Shown: positions 28,061 through 38,614, counted from the stretch's first letter. The stretch is DNA of 63,651 bases from Acidimicrobiales bacterium (GCA_030681555.1 JAUXRW010000038.1:1-63651); one strand, 5' to 3'. The notes: a model not told the origin generated them from the sequence alone. Translations and numbers: made by a program.

Positions 28061-29482
28061 ATGGACTTCGACGTGGTGGTGGTGGGCAGTGGAGCTGCCG
28101 GACTCAGTGCGGCTCTGGAGGCGAGCGCGGCGGGCTCGTCGGTGCTCCTCGTAGACGGGCAGGGGTGCACCGGAGGCTCCTCGGCGCTGTCGGGCGGCAT
28201 CGTGATGGCGGCCGGCACCTCTGTCCAGCGCAAGGCGGGGATCGAGGACAGCGCCGAGCAGCTCTTCCGTGACTACCTGCTGTTCAACCAGTACAAGGTC
28301 GAGCCGGCGCTGGCTCGCCGCCTGGCCTATGGCGGAGGTCCGGCCATCGAGTGGCTGATCGATCTGGGGGTCGAGTTCCACGACCAGCTGATGTTCGCCG
28401 CTGAGGAACGAGCCCCGCGCTCTCATGTCCCCAAGATGATGGGCTTCGGGGTGATCGACGTCCTGCAGAGCCGGGTGCGGGAGAAGCCCTCCGTCGAGGT
28501 CGCGCTCGGGCAGCGCGTCAACCGGCTGCTCGTGAAGGAGGGCCGGGTGGTCGGGGTCGCCGTGGACGACGATGAGCTCACGGCCGGCGCGGTGGTGATC
28601 GCCACCGGCGGCTTCGGCGCGAACCGGGCGCTGTGGCCCGAGCACCTGCCCTCGATCGCCGCCTCGGGCTCGGCTGCCTGGTACATCGGCACCGATGGCG
28701 CCCAGGGCGACGCATTCGCCCTCGGCGCACAGGTCGGCGCCGCCGTGGTCGGTCACGATCGCTCCCTGATCCTGCCCACACCGGACTTCTTCTCGAACCT
28801 CGAGGTGTACTTCCCCGGGTGGCTGGTCATGGTGAATCGCGCCGGCCGGCGGTGCGTCGACGAGTCGACCTCCTATGCCGTGATGCAGCTGGCCAACCAG
28901 CAGCACGGGCCGCTGTTCGCCGTGCTCGACGACGCCGCCAAGCGGGCGGCTCAACCCGACGCGCCCCCGCAGTACAAGCAGTCGATCCCGGGGACCGAGG
29001 GCATGACCCTGCCGTCCAACTGGACCGAGCCCAACATCGATGACGCGGTGGCCAAGGGCAAGATGAGGCAGGCGGGTTCGCTCACCGAGCTCGGTCGCCT
29101 GCTCGGCGTCGATCCGGCCGGGTTCGCGGCGTCGGTGGAGCGCTACAACACCAATTGCGCTGACGGGGCCGATCCCGAGTACTTCAAGGACCCAAAGTTC
29201 CTGCGGCCCATCTCCACCCCGCCCTTCTACGGAGCGGAGCTCCGCATGGGCATCCTCTGCCTCACGTCCAAGGGACTGCGGATCGACGAGCACGCACGTG
29301 TGCTCGATCGCAGCGGCGGCCCGATCCGCGGCCTCTACGCGGCGGGAGAGTGCACCGGTGGGGTGCTGGGCGACGTGTACATGGGCAGCGGGAACTCCTA
29401 CGCCAACTGTGTCGTGTTCGGTCGCACCGCGGGCCAGTCGGCTGCCGCCTTGGCCTCCGAGCTGGCCGAGGCCGCGGTGTGA
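28061..29482 (+). CDS. FAD-dependent oxidoreductase (flavocytochrome c / 3-ketosteroid dehydrogenase-like)
   Basis: VVVGSGAAG, GGSSALSGG, ATGGFG, TSKGLRID, GLYAAGE, GNS; start MDFDVV at 28061. Confidence 0.88.
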   Translation: MDFDVVVVGSGAAGLSAALEASAAGSSVLLVDGQGCTGGSSALSGGIVMAAGTSVQRKAGIEDSAEQLFRDYLLFNQYKVEPALARRLAYGGGPAIEWLIDLGVEFHDQLMFAAEERAPRSHVPKMMGFGVIDVLQSRVREKPSVEVALGQRVNRLLVKEGRVVGVAVDDDELTAGAVVIATGGFGANRALWPEHLPSIAASGSAAWYIGTDGAQGDAFALGAQVGAAVVGHDRSLILPTPDFFSNLEVYFPGWLVMVNRAGRRCVDESTSYAVMQLANQQHGPLFAVLDDAAKRAAQPDAPPQYKQSIPGTEGMTLPSNWTEPNIDDAVAKGKMRQAGSLTELGRLLGVDPAGFAASVERYNTNCADGADPEYFKDPKFLRPISTPPFYGAELRMGILCLTSKGLRIDEHARVLDRSGGPIRGLYAAGECTGGVLGDVYMGSGNSYANCVVFGRTAGQSAAALASELAEAAV

Positions 29483-30201
29483 CCGGACCGCTGCTCTCCG
29501 TGCGTGACCTCGAGGTCAGCTACGGCACCATCCCCGCGGTGCGGGGTGTCTCGCTCGACGTGGGAGCAGCCGATCGGGTAGCCATCGTGGGGCGCAACGG
29601 GGCGGGCAAGACGTCCACCCTGCGGGCCATCGCCGGGATCACGCCGGCCAAGGGCGGTCGCATCGAGTACGACGGGGTCGACATCACCCGGCAGGCCCCC
29701 GGCAAGCGGTTGGCTCGTGGCTTGGCCCTGGTGCCGGAAGGTCGGGGCCTGTTCGGGCAGCTGACCGTAGAGGAGAACCTCGTCATGGGCGCCTACCACC
29801 GCGACCTGCGCGGCCCCGCCCTCGCCGAGGAGATGGAGCGCGTCACCGAGCGCTTCCCACGCGTGCGCGAGCGCATGAGCCAGCTTGCCAACAGCATGTC
29901 CGGGGGGGAGCAGCAGATGCTGGCCATCGCTCGAGGCCTGATGACCGCGCCGTCGGTGCTGGTCGTGGACGAGCCTTCGCTGGGTCTGTCCCCCGTGCTC
30001 GTCGACGAGATCTACGAGTTGTTCGCTGCGCTCAGCGCCGAGGGCACTGCCGTCGTCGTCGTCGAGCAGTACGTAGCGCTGGCGCTGCGTTTCGCGCGCC
30101 ACGCGTACGTTCTCGACAAGGGTGCCGTGGCGCTGGCCGGCGACGCCTCGGAGCTCTCGGCCAACCCCGATCTCGTCGACGTCTACATGGCGGCGGTCTG
30201 A
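29479..30201 (+). CDS. LivF-like ABC ATPase
   Basis: GRNGAGKT, MSGGEQQM, DEPSLGLSP, VEQ. Confidence 0.93.
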   Translation: MTGPLLSVRDLEVSYGTIPAVRGVSLDVGAADRVAIVGRNGAGKTSTLRAIAGITPAKGGRIEYDGVDITRQAPGKRLARGLALVPEGRGLFGQLTVEENLVMGAYHRDLRGPALAEEMERVTERFPRVRERMSQLANSMSGGEQQMLAIARGLMTAPSVLVVDEPSLGLSPVLVDEIYELFAALSAEGTAVVVVEQYVALALRFARHAYVLDKGAVALAGDASELSANPDLVDVYMAAV

Positions 30202-30202
30202 G

Positions 30203-31108
30203 GTGGGGTCGCATCGCGGACCGGCCGAGCTCACGGTGCACGGCGTCACGGTGCGGTTCCGGGGCCTGGTGGCCAACTCCGAGGTCGACCTCGAGGTGCC
30301 GGCGGGTTCGATCTCGGCCTTGATCGGGCCCAACGGTGCCGGCAAGACGACACTGTTCAACGTCATCAGTGGCCTGGTGGCACCATCGACGGGCCGCCTT
30401 GCGCTCGACGATACGGATATCACGTCGCTCTCCACGGTCCGGAGGGCCGAACTCGGAGTTGCTCGAACCTTTCAGAGCTTGCAGCTCGCGCCGACCCTCA
30501 CTGCCCTCGACAATGTGCTCGTCGGAGTGGCTCGGCTGGGCCGATTCGGTCGGCTCGTGAACCTGGGCCGACGCGATGCGCTGAGCTCGGCCGGGCTGCG
30601 ACGGATCTCCGCCCGCGCGCTCGAGTTCGTAGGCCTCGGCCACCGGGCCGACGACCGGGTGGAGCAGCTTCCCTTCGGCGACCGTCGTCGCGTAGAGCTC
30701 GCTCGCGCCCTGGCCGGAGCGCCCAGGTTGCTTCTGCTCGACGAGCCGGCATCGGGCTTGCCTCAGGAGGAGACGGTCGAGCTGATCGACATCCTGCGCC
30801 GTGCACGTGACGAGCTGGACCTCACCCTGCTCGTGGTCGAGCACGACATGTCGTTTGTGCGGGCACTGGCGGAGCGGGCGGTGGTGCTGGACTTCGGTTC
30901 GGTGCTGGCCTCGGGCATGACCGAGGAAGTTCTCGCCGACGAGCAGGTTGTGACCGCCTTCCTCGGAACCGGGGCCGCAGGCCAGGCCGGCGCTGCGAAC
31001 GGGGCTGTTCCGCACCTCGACGACACGGTCGAGCTACGGCCAGGTCGTCGGAAGCCCCTCGTGGCGGCGGCACCCGGTCCCGAGACCAACAGTAAGGCAG
31101 CGCGATGA
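30203..31108 (+). CDS. LivG-like ABC ATPase
   Basis: GPNGAGKT, LPFGDRR, DEPASG, EHDM. Confidence 0.93.
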   Translation: MGSHRGPAELTVHGVTVRFRGLVANSEVDLEVPAGSISALIGPNGAGKTTLFNVISGLVAPSTGRLALDDTDITSLSTVRRAELGVARTFQSLQLAPTLTALDNVLVGVARLGRFGRLVNLGRRDALSSAGLRRISARALEFVGLGHRADDRVEQLPFGDRRRVELARALAGAPRLLLLDEPASGLPQEETVELIDILRRARDELDLTLLVVEHDMSFVRALAERAVVLDFGSVLASGMTEEVLADEQVVTAFLGTGAAGQAGAANGAVPHLDDTVELRPGRRKPLVAAAPGPETNSKAAR

Positions 31109-32637
31109 CGGGAACCGGTGGCACCGGACCGCGCCGGCAGATCCGCCGACTCCTCGGCGCCCTCGCGGCGGGCCTGCTTCTCTTGGCCGTCCTGCCACCA
31201 GCGCGGGCGCAAACAGCGCCGGCCGGAGCTCGCGGGCCGGACGACTGGGACGTGTCGATCAACTCGCTGCCGGTTGCTTTCCAGACCAGCGTGCCCCCCG
31301 TTCTCCCCATCGACGTTGGCGCCGGGGTCGGCTTCGCGGGGATCGCTGGTTCCAGCCTTCCGCTCATCCTCGCAACGGTCGGGCCGGTCTACGCGCCTGT
31401 GCTCGACGCGCTCGGCCTCCTCGGCGGCACCGGCGCTCTCGCCCCGATCGCGCTGAAGCTGATTCCCAGCCTCCTCCTCGGGGGCAGCACCGTCTTCGGC
31501 CTGCCGCCGCTCCCCATCGACCCGGCGCTCCTGCCTCAGCCGCCTGCCCTCCCCCTTCCGTCTCCTGAGCTGCCGGTCGTGCAGTGCACGGCCGAGTTCC
31601 CGGGCGACCCCAGGCAGGTGACCTGCGGTGGTCCCCAACAGATCTTCCTGGGCTCACAGGTTGGAGCGTTCAGCGGTACCGCCCAGGTCGACGGTGACCC
31701 CACCGACACCGACACCATCGATGCCCGCTCGTCGGTCCGCGCGTCAGGCCTGGAACCCGATGCGGGGTCCACGCTGGCACCGGTGTCGGCCAACGTGCTG
31801 AACGCGACCTCGACCTTGAAGACGACCGGGGGCTCGATCCAAGGGGCCACATCGGTCGAGGTGGGTGGCATCGACCTTCTCGACGGCCTCGTCCATGTTG
31901 AGTCGGTACGGACGAGCATCGCTGCGTCGCTCACCGGCCGCCCGGGCGAAGCGGCGGTGAACGTGCAGCCTTGCGAGATCGCCGGTGTGAAGATTGCGGG
32001 GGTGCCGGTGACGATGAGTGCCGAGGGCCTCACCGTGGACAGGAGTACCACGCCCATTCCGATCGGGGGGTTGCTCGGTGGGGTGGCCGATCTCGTCCGT
32101 GAGCTGACCCAGCAGGGCGGCCAGTCCTTGCGTCAGCTCTCGTTCCCCGCCGACTTTGGCGTGGTCAGCATCAAGGCGCTCCCGCCGGTGGTGCCCGCCG
32201 TGGCCGAGGACGGTACGCGCATCGAGGCTCGCGCCAGCTGCCTCGAGGTGTCCTACACGATCGCCGCCAGCGCTTCGTCCATCCGAACCACGGTCGGCCA
32301 GTCGGCCCTCAGCATGTCCGCGTTCCGCGGTGACTCCGGGGGCGGACCGCCCAGCGATGGTGACGGCGGATCGGGAGGGCTCACCCTCGACGCCGCGGGC
32401 GGGATCCCGTCGCCGGAGCTCGGCAGCGCCCCCGCTCTGGTGCCGGATCTGGCTGACCTTCCCGAGGCGCCCCCGGCGGGGAGCGGGGCTCCGCCGCCCA
32501 GCGACGTGCCGGTGTTCCGGACGGTGGTCGCTCGAGCCCCCGACTGGCTCCCGGTGCTGCTGGCGGCGTTGGGTGCCGGGGTGATGAGCCTGGGCCTCGT
32601 CCGAGGTCGTCGCGCCACCTGGCGGGGAGCGGTCTGA
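31105..32637 (+). CDS. Secreted beta-rich protein with C-terminal membrane anchor (transporter accessory candidate)
   Basis: Signal PPARA-Q, beta-strand pattern, Pro/Gly linker, TM WLPVLLAALGAGVMSLGLV, basic tail. Confidence 0.78.
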   Translation: MTGTGGTGPRRQIRRLLGALAAGLLLLAVLPPARAQTAPAGARGPDDWDVSINSLPVAFQTSVPPVLPIDVGAGVGFAGIAGSSLPLILATVGPVYAPVLDALGLLGGTGALAPIALKLIPSLLLGGSTVFGLPPLPIDPALLPQPPALPLPSPELPVVQCTAEFPGDPRQVTCGGPQQIFLGSQVGAFSGTAQVDGDPTDTDTIDARSSVRASGLEPDAGSTLAPVSANVLNATSTLKTTGGSIQGATSVEVGGIDLLDGLVHVESVRTSIAASLTGRPGEAAVNVQPCEIAGVKIAGVPVTMSAEGLTVDRSTTPIPIGGLLGGVADLVRELTQQGGQSLRQLSFPADFGVVSIKALPPVVPAVAEDGTRIEARASCLEVSYTIAASASSIRTTVGQSALSMSAFRGDSGGGPPSDGDGGSGGLTLDAAGGIPSPELGSAPALVPDLADLPEAPPAGSGAPPPSDVPVFRTVVARAPDWLPVLLAALGAGVMSLGLVRGRRATWRGAV

Positions 32638-34622
32638 TGGGTAAGTACCTGGACGCTGCGGTCGTCGGCATCGCGGTGGGTGGCCCCTACTCGCTGATGG
32701 GCATCTCACTGACCCTCATGTTCCGCACAACGGGCGTGCTCTCGTTCGCGCACGCGGGGTTCGCCATGATCGCCGGGTTCACCTACGGAGAGCTGGCTGG
32801 AGCGCGCGCCTGGCCCGCTCTGGTGGCGGGCCTGGTGGCCGTGCTGCTGTCGGTGGGGGCCGCGCTGCTCACCGAGCGTCTTGCCATGCGCCCCATCGCC
32901 CGCACGGGCCCGGCCGTCAAGCTCATCGCCACCCTGGGAGTCCTGTCGGTGATCACCGGTCTGATCACCCAATTCTTCGGGGGACAACCCGACGAGACTC
33001 CGCTCGTCTTCCCGTCCGGCGTGATGCGCATCGGCGGCGCCGCCATCACCTACCAACAGCTGGGAATTCTGGCCATCACGATCGCCACTGCTCTCGGTCT
33101 CCGGGCCTTCCTGCAACGCTCGAGGTTCGGCATCGCCATCCGAGCCGTCCAGGTCAACGCCGAAGCCGCCGAGCTCCTCGGGGTGCCGATCACCAGGGTC
33201 GACCAGTTCAACTGGGCGCTGGCCGGCCTGCTCTCCGGAGTCGTCGGCGTGCTCCTCACGCCACTGATCGCAGCCACCGTCGCCACCTACCCCTTGGTGC
33301 TGGTGAAGGCCCTTGCCGGCACGCTCTTCGGCGGCCTGCTGTCGCTGCCGCTCACATTCGCGGGCGGTGTGGCGGTGGGCGTGATCGAGAGCGCGGCGAG
33401 GGTGGGTTTCTCAGTACGGGGTGCTCCCGAGGTGGCCGTGATGTTCACGGTGGCCATCCTGCTCCTGGTCCGCCGCTCGTGGGGCGACGACGACAACGCC
33501 ACGGCCGTGGCCAGCAGCGGGTCCACCGTCGGCCCGGTCCGCTTCCGGATCAACCAACAGCTCGATCGGGTGCCGTGGGTCGGGGGATCGACGAGGTCGA
33601 TCCTGCTCGTGGGCATGGCCCTCCTGATCGTCGCCGGTTCGTTCGTGGCCGCCGGGGACGAGTACTGGGGTTCGGTGGGCGCGGTGTCGCTCTTCTACGC
33701 CATCGAGGTCATCTCGATGGTCGTCCTCACGGGGTGGGGCGGGCAGGTCAGTCTCATGCACGGCGCGTACGTGGGCATCGGCACGTTCGTCACCGGCTGG
33801 CTGGTCGGGGTCCAGGACGTCCCCCTCGAGTTGGCCATCCCGATGGCAGGGCTCGTCGGCGTCGCCCTCGGGGCGATCCTCGGCCTCCCGGCGCTGCGGC
33901 TCAACGGCGTGCAGTTCGCCATCGCGTCGACGGTGTTCGCGGCGGCGGCGACGGCCTGGCTCTTCGAGCTGCCCGACCTGCCGCGCAACATGAACCGAGG
34001 AACGCTGTTCGGCATCGACCTGTTCGAGTCGAGCAACGTCTACCTGATCATGCTCGTGGTGACGGCCCTGATGCTGGCGGTGGCGGCAGCCCTCCGCCGC
34101 TCTACGTGGTGGCGCCTGCTCATCGCCGCCCGGGACGTGCCCGACGCGGTACGGCACGCCGGCCTCCGGCCGGGCCCGATCCGGATCGTGGCCTTCTCGG
34201 TGGCGAGCTTCATGGCCACCGTCGGCGGTTGCTTCTACGGCATCATCGCCACGAGCTACAGCCCATTCAACTTCTCGCTGCTCCTGTCCTTCTCGCTGCT
34301 CCTGTACGCCGTCGTGGGCGGGCTCGAGTCGTTGCTCGGCCCAGTCGTGGCGGCCATGGCCTTCGGACTGCTCCCCCAGGTGCTCCAGCAGGAGGCCGGG
34401 GCGAGCAGTAGTGCCTGGCCGATCGTCGTGTCCGGTGTCGCCGTCATCGCCCTGCTGGTCCTTCGGCCCTCTGGGGTGGCGTCGATGCTGCGGCCTCGCG
34501 GTCTGTCCGAGGGCCACCTCGACTTCGGTCGCTTCGATGCCGTCGTCAGCACCGGGTGGCAACACGAGGACGACACCTCCCCGGCAAGTAATCCGTCGCC
34601 GACCCTGGCGCCGAAGTCCTAA
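32637..34622 (+). CDS. Fused LivH-LivM ABC permease
   Basis: 661 aa; LSFAHAG and GQVSLMH permease motifs in tandem. Confidence 0.92.
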   Translation: MGKYLDAAVVGIAVGGPYSLMGISLTLMFRTTGVLSFAHAGFAMIAGFTYGELAGARAWPALVAGLVAVLLSVGAALLTERLAMRPIARTGPAVKLIATLGVLSVITGLITQFFGGQPDETPLVFPSGVMRIGGAAITYQQLGILAITIATALGLRAFLQRSRFGIAIRAVQVNAEAAELLGVPITRVDQFNWALAGLLSGVVGVLLTPLIAATVATYPLVLVKALAGTLFGGLLSLPLTFAGGVAVGVIESAARVGFSVRGAPEVAVMFTVAILLLVRRSWGDDDNATAVASSGSTVGPVRFRINQQLDRVPWVGGSTRSILLVGMALLIVAGSFVAAGDEYWGSVGAVSLFYAIEVISMVVLTGWGGQVSLMHGAYVGIGTFVTGWLVGVQDVPLELAIPMAGLVGVALGAILGLPALRLNGVQFAIASTVFAAAATAWLFELPDLPRNMNRGTLFGIDLFESSNVYLIMLVVTALMLAVAAALRRSTWWRLLIAARDVPDAVRHAGLRPGPIRIVAFSVASFMATVGGCFYGIIATSYSPFNFSLLLSFSLLLYAVVGGLESLLGPVVAAMAFGLLPQVLQQEAGASSSAWPIVVSGVAVIALLVLRPSGVASMLRPRGLSEGHLDFGRFDAVVSTGWQHEDDTSPASNPSPTLAPKS

Positions 34623-34631
34623 GGAGACACC

Positions 34632-34988
34632 ATGGCCACCACGCACCCGCTCATGGCGGAAGAGCACGAGGACGAGGTCCTCGATCGCGAGCCGGCACCG
34701 CGGCGCCGGGAGGTCGACTGGCGACAGCCGATGGCCTACGTGGCCATGGGTTTCTCCCTCCTCTCCTTCCTCGTCGGCTGGTTCCAGATCGCCAACACCG
34801 AGCAGGAGTGGGAGCAGCTCCCCTATCTCGCCTCGGCCGGTGGCGTCGGCGTCGTCGCCCTCGGGGTTGCAGTGGCGCTGCTCGTGTCGATCGAGCACAC
34901 CCGCGATCGTGAGGCGGTTGGCGAGCTGCTGAAGGAGATCCGCTCGCTGAAGCGGCGGATCGAGGCCATGGACAGCAGCACCGGGTGA
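34632..34988 (+). CDS. Small 2-TM membrane protein with QxPYLxS motif
   Basis: 118 aa; TM-EWEQLPYLASA-TM then coiled-coil; AAGGAG RBS. Confidence 0.78.
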   Translation: MATTHPLMAEEHEDEVLDREPAPRRREVDWRQPMAYVAMGFSLLSFLVGWFQIANTEQEWEQLPYLASAGGVGVVALGVAVALLVSIEHTRDREAVGELLKEIRSLKRRIEAMDSSTG

Positions 34989-35040
34989 TGACGACAGCGG
35001 CTCCGACCCCGGAGCCCCGGACGCGCAGGGAGACATCGCA

Positions 35041-36585
35041 GTGAACGGTCACCACCGCACAAGGCAGGTCGAGCGAGGCAAAGGGCTGCGGGGATGGGTG
35101 CTGGCGTTGACGATGGCGCTGCTCGCCTCCGCCTGCGGGTCGATGGTCGACAGTGCGTCCGTCCGTGCCAACGGCCCTGGTGCGGAGGGCGTGGCGTCGG
35201 ATGCCGACGGCAGCACCGACGCCGGGCTGTCGACCAACGTCGGTGATGGTGGCTCGACGCCCGGTGGCACCGCGGGAGGCAGCGCGGGCGCCGGCGGAGG
35301 CGCCGGCGGAGGCGCCGGGACAGGCACCGCGGCCGGCGGAGGCACCGGTGGGGCGGGACCCTCGGGCGCATCCGCCGGGGGTACGCCGCTCCAAGGCTTC
35401 ACCGACGACGAGATCCGCATCGGGCTGACCGCGCCCATCTCGGGCCTCTTCGGCGAGGTCATCGGCGAGGAGATCTCGGGCACGCTCGACTCCTACTTCA
35501 AGGATCTCAACGCCCGGGGTGGCATCGGTGGGCGCAAGCTGCGGCTGATCGCCTACGACGACGCCTTGGACCTCACCCAGACGCTCATCAACGTCCGGCG
35601 CCTGTGGGAGCAGGACAAGGTGGCCATGGTGCTCACCACGTTCCCGGACGGCGTGGCCGACTACGTCACCCGCAACAAGATCCCGACCTTCGTGCTGGGC
35701 TTCAGCGCCTCGGCGTTCAGCTCCGCCTACCCCACAATCTTTCCGATCCTGCAGAGCGGGGCCAGCGCCACCTACTCCTTCACCTACGGGTTGAAGGAGG
35801 CCGGCGTCCCCACCGAGGGCATGCGGGTGGGGATGCTCTACGACACGCAGATCATCGACACCCGGCCCTACCTCGACTCCGCCAAGGACGCCTGGAGCAT
35901 CGTGGGCTCCGAGGTGGTGGCCGCCGAGCCGTTCAACTTTGCCGACGGCGACTGCACGGCGCTCGTGGTGAAGATGCGCGACCTGAACATCGACTGGTGG
36001 GACTTCGAGGGGCTGGGCTGGTCGTTGTGCGTGTCGGCGGCGCAGCGCCAGAACTACGAGCCCAAGGTGGGCTGGGGCAACTGGCCGACCAACATCGGCT
36101 ATCTGGCCAAGTACGCCGGCCCCCACGTTGACGGCGTGTGGTTCATGGCTCCGGCCGACGAGAACTCGGGGTACCCCCGCCAGCGCACGCCGGAGCACCA
36201 GCGCTACCTCGAGGTGCTCAAGCGCTACCACCCTCGCCTCACCGACCCGGTGCACCTCGACTCCGTGGTCACGCAGACCTACTGGATCGTCGGCCGGGTG
36301 ATCGAGGCGGCGTCGAACGCGATCAAGGACAACCCGACGCAGGAGGGCATCATCGGCTACCTGCAGGGCATCAAGAACTTCGACACGGGGATCGCGCCTC
36401 CCATCGAGAGCTGGGCGCCGGACTGCAAGGTGGGCGTCAACACCATCTGGATCGGTGTGTGGCGGTGGAAGGACGGAGGGCCCGCCCGAGAGCCCCGTTC
36501 CGGCTACCTGTCCAACCCGTTCGCCAGGGAGCGCTACGGCCAGTGCTTCGTGACCGAGCTGGCCGACGCAGTGGTCAAGAAGTAG
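35041..36585 (+). CDS. LIV/HAAT-type ABC substrate-binding lipoprotein
   Basis: Lipobox LLASAC, Gly/Ala linker, GFTDDEIRIG, GGIGGRKLRLIAYDD. Confidence 0.9.
   Translation: MNGHHRTRQVERGKGLRGWVLALTMALLASACGSMVDSASVRANGPGAEGVASDADGSTDAGLSTNVGDGGSTPGGTAGGSAGAGGGAGGGAGTGTAAGGGTGGAGPSGASAGGTPLQGFTDDEIRIGLTAPISGLFGEVIGEEISGTLDSYFKDLNARGGIGGRKLRLIAYDDALDLTQTLINVRRLWEQDKVAMVLTTFPDGVADYVTRNKIPTFVLGFSASAFSSAYPTIFPILQSGASATYSFTYGLKEAGVPTEGMRVGMLYDTQIIDTRPYLDSAKDAWSIVGSEVVAAEPFNFADGDCTALVVKMRDLNIDWWDFEGLGWSLCVSAAQRQNYEPKVGWGNWPTNIGYLAKYAGPHVDGVWFMAPADENSGYPRQRTPEHQRYLEVLKRYHPRLTDPVHLDSVVTQTYWIVGRVIEAASNAIKDNPTQEGIIGYLQGIKNFDTGIAPPIESWAPDCKVGVNTIWIGVWRWKDGGPAREPRSGYLSNPFARERYGQCFVTELADAVVKK
35287..35320 (+). 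repeat. In-frame 12-bp tandem repeat in the SBP linker
   Basis: GGCGCCGGCGGA twice plus a partial copy, encoding GAGG repeats. Confidence 0.7.
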
Positions 36586-36646
36586 CGGCAGCCGCCGCCC
36601 GCCGAGCCAACGGGGCCCGGCGATCTGAACCAGGAGGTGTCTTTCC

Positions 36647-38614
36647 ATGGCCGAGCGCTACAGCCTGCTCCGAGCGCCGATCACGATCGGCGACTGCACG
36701 ATCCCCAATCGCATCGTCCGCACCGCCCACGCCACCGGCTTCGCCTTCGGCCTGGTCAGCGACCGCCTGATCGCCTATCACGAGGCTCGTGCCCGAGGCG
36801 GGGTGGGGCTCAACTTCCTGGAGATCGCCTCCGTGCACCAGACCTCGCCCGGGTCACTGATGGCCTGGGACGACATGGTGATCGAGGGTCTCACGACGAT
36901 CACCGACCGGATCCATGCCCACGGCTCCAAGGTGTTCCAGCAGCTGTGGCACGGCGGGGCCAACGCCAAGCCCTTCGACGGCACGCCCAGCTGGGCGCCC
37001 TCGGAGGTGCCCGAACCCACGTACAACACGATGCCCCAGGCGATGACCAAGGCGATGATCGACGAGGTGGTCGACGGGTTCGGGTCGGCCGCCAAGCGAT
37101 GCCAGACGGCGGGCATGGATGGGGTGGAGATCCACGGTGCCCACGGCTACCTGGTGGGCCAGTTCCTCAGCCCCAAGACGAACCTGCGGACCGACGACTA
37201 CGGCGGATCCCTCGACAACCGGGTGCGCTTCGCGGCCGAGGCGCTCGCGTCCATACGAGCCGCGGTAGGCCCTGGCTTCCCGGTCGGGATCCGCCTCTCG
37301 GGCACGGAGGGGATCCCCGACGGCATCCAGCCCCATGAGGCAGCAGCCACCGCCGCGATGCTCGAGGCCCAGGGCCTCGTCGACTTCGTCAACGTCTCGA
37401 TGGGCAGCTACTACGCGTTCTCGAAGTTCATCGGGGCGATGCACGAGCCGCTCGGCTACGAGCTGCCGACCAGTCGGGTCGTAACAGCCGCCGTCCGGGT
37501 TCCGCGGATCGTCACGGGGCGGATCATGGATCTCCACGACGCCGAACGGGTGATCGCGGACGGGATCGCTGATCTGGTGTCGATGGTGCGCGCCACCATC
37601 GCCGACCCCGAGATCGTGGCCAAGAGCTTCGCCGGCGAGGCCGACCGCGTCCGCCCCTGCCTCAGCTGCAACCAGGGGTGCGTCGGCGGCATCTTCGGGC
37701 CCGCCGCTTCCCTCGGTTGCGTGGTGAACCCGGACGCGGGGCACGAGCACCTCGGCATCGACCCCTACCCGGCGGCGCCGAAGACACGCAACGTGGTCGT
37801 GGTGGGCGGGGGACCAGCCGGCCTGGAAGCGGCCAGCACCGCAGCTCGCCGAGGTCACTCCGTGGTGCTGTGCGATGCGGCCGACGAGCTCGGGGGCCAG
37901 CTCCGCTGGGCCCGACGGGCGCCTCATCGCCAGGACATTGCCGCTTCCACGGACTGGCTCGTGGAGGAGTGCCGGCGACTCGGCGTCACGCTGCACACCG
38001 GGACGCTGGTAGACCTCGCGTACCTCGAGGGTCTCGAAGTCGATGCCGTGATCCTGGCCACCGGCGCCGAGCTCCGTCGCGACGGGGTCCAGGCGCAGCG
38101 CCCTGACGCCGAGGTGCCTGGCGTCAGCCTCCCCCACGTGGCCACCACCATCGACGTCCTCGGTGGGTGGACCAAGCCGGCCGAGCGGGCCGTCGTCTTC
38201 GATGATCGTGGGGACATCGGGGCGGTGTCGGTCACTGAGCACCTCCTGGCACAGGGGATGGAGGTGGTCCTGGTGACGAGCCGTGCGGAGATCGCGGCGG
38301 AGCTGGGCCCGTCACTGCAACGCGAGCCCGCCCAGCAGCGGCTCCGGTCGCACCCGCGGTTCCAGGAGCGGGTCGCGCAGGCGCTCGTGTCGGTGAGCGA
38401 CTCGAGCGTGACCATCGAGGGCCTCGACGACGCCAGGTCGGAGATACTTCCCGCAGACCTCGTGGTGCTCGACACGGGCGCTGAGCCGCGCCGCGACCTC
38501 CTCGCCGAGCTCGAGGCGGCTGGCTACGAGGTGCATCTCGCCGGCGACGCGCTGGCGGCCGAGGATCTGCAGCACGCGATGGCCAGCGCTCGGGAGGTGG
38601 CGAGGTCGGTTTGA
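36647..38614 (+). CDS. Old-yellow-enzyme Fe-S flavoprotein (2,4-dienoyl-CoA reductase / BaiCD-like family)
   Basis: GVEIHGAHGYL, NLRTDDYGGSL.NR, CLSCNQGC, VVGGGPAGLEAA. Confidence 0.92.
   Translation: MAERYSLLRAPITIGDCTIPNRIVRTAHATGFAFGLVSDRLIAYHEARARGGVGLNFLEIASVHQTSPGSLMAWDDMVIEGLTTITDRIHAHGSKVFQQLWHGGANAKPFDGTPSWAPSEVPEPTYNTMPQAMTKAMIDEVVDGFGSAAKRCQTAGMDGVEIHGAHGYLVGQFLSPKTNLRTDDYGGSLDNRVRFAAEALASIRAAVGPGFPVGIRLSGTEGIPDGIQPHEAAATAAMLEAQGLVDFVNVSMGSYYAFSKFIGAMHEPLGYELPTSRVVTAAVRVPRIVTGRIMDLHDAERVIADGIADLVSMVRATIADPEIVAKSFAGEADRVRPCLSCNQGCVGGIFGPAASLGCVVNPDAGHEHLGIDPYPAAPKTRNVVVVGGGPAGLEAASTAARRGHSVVLCDAADELGGQLRWARRAPHRQDIAASTDWLVEECRRLGVTLHTGTLVDLAYLEGLEVDAVILATGAELRRDGVQAQRPDAEVPGVSLPHVATTIDVLGGWTKPAERAVVFDDRGDIGAVSVTEHLLAQGMEVVLVTSRAEIAAELGPSLQREPAQQRLRSHPRFQERVAQALVSVSDSSVTIEGLDDARSEILPADLVVLDTGAEPRRDLLAELEAAGYEVHLAGDALAAEDLQHAMASAREVARSV

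Noticed and set aside
28061-29482. Naming the flavoprotein kstD or the Rieske enzyme kshA
   Set aside because: Family-level motifs only; diagnostic residues could not be confirmed by eye
34651-36648. Long antisense ORFs (also 4175-6052, 7486-8712, 24797-27355, 27425-29293, 52569-54473)
   Set aside because: They are shadows of well-supported genes on the opposite strand; such ORFs are expected in high-GC DNA and carry no motifs
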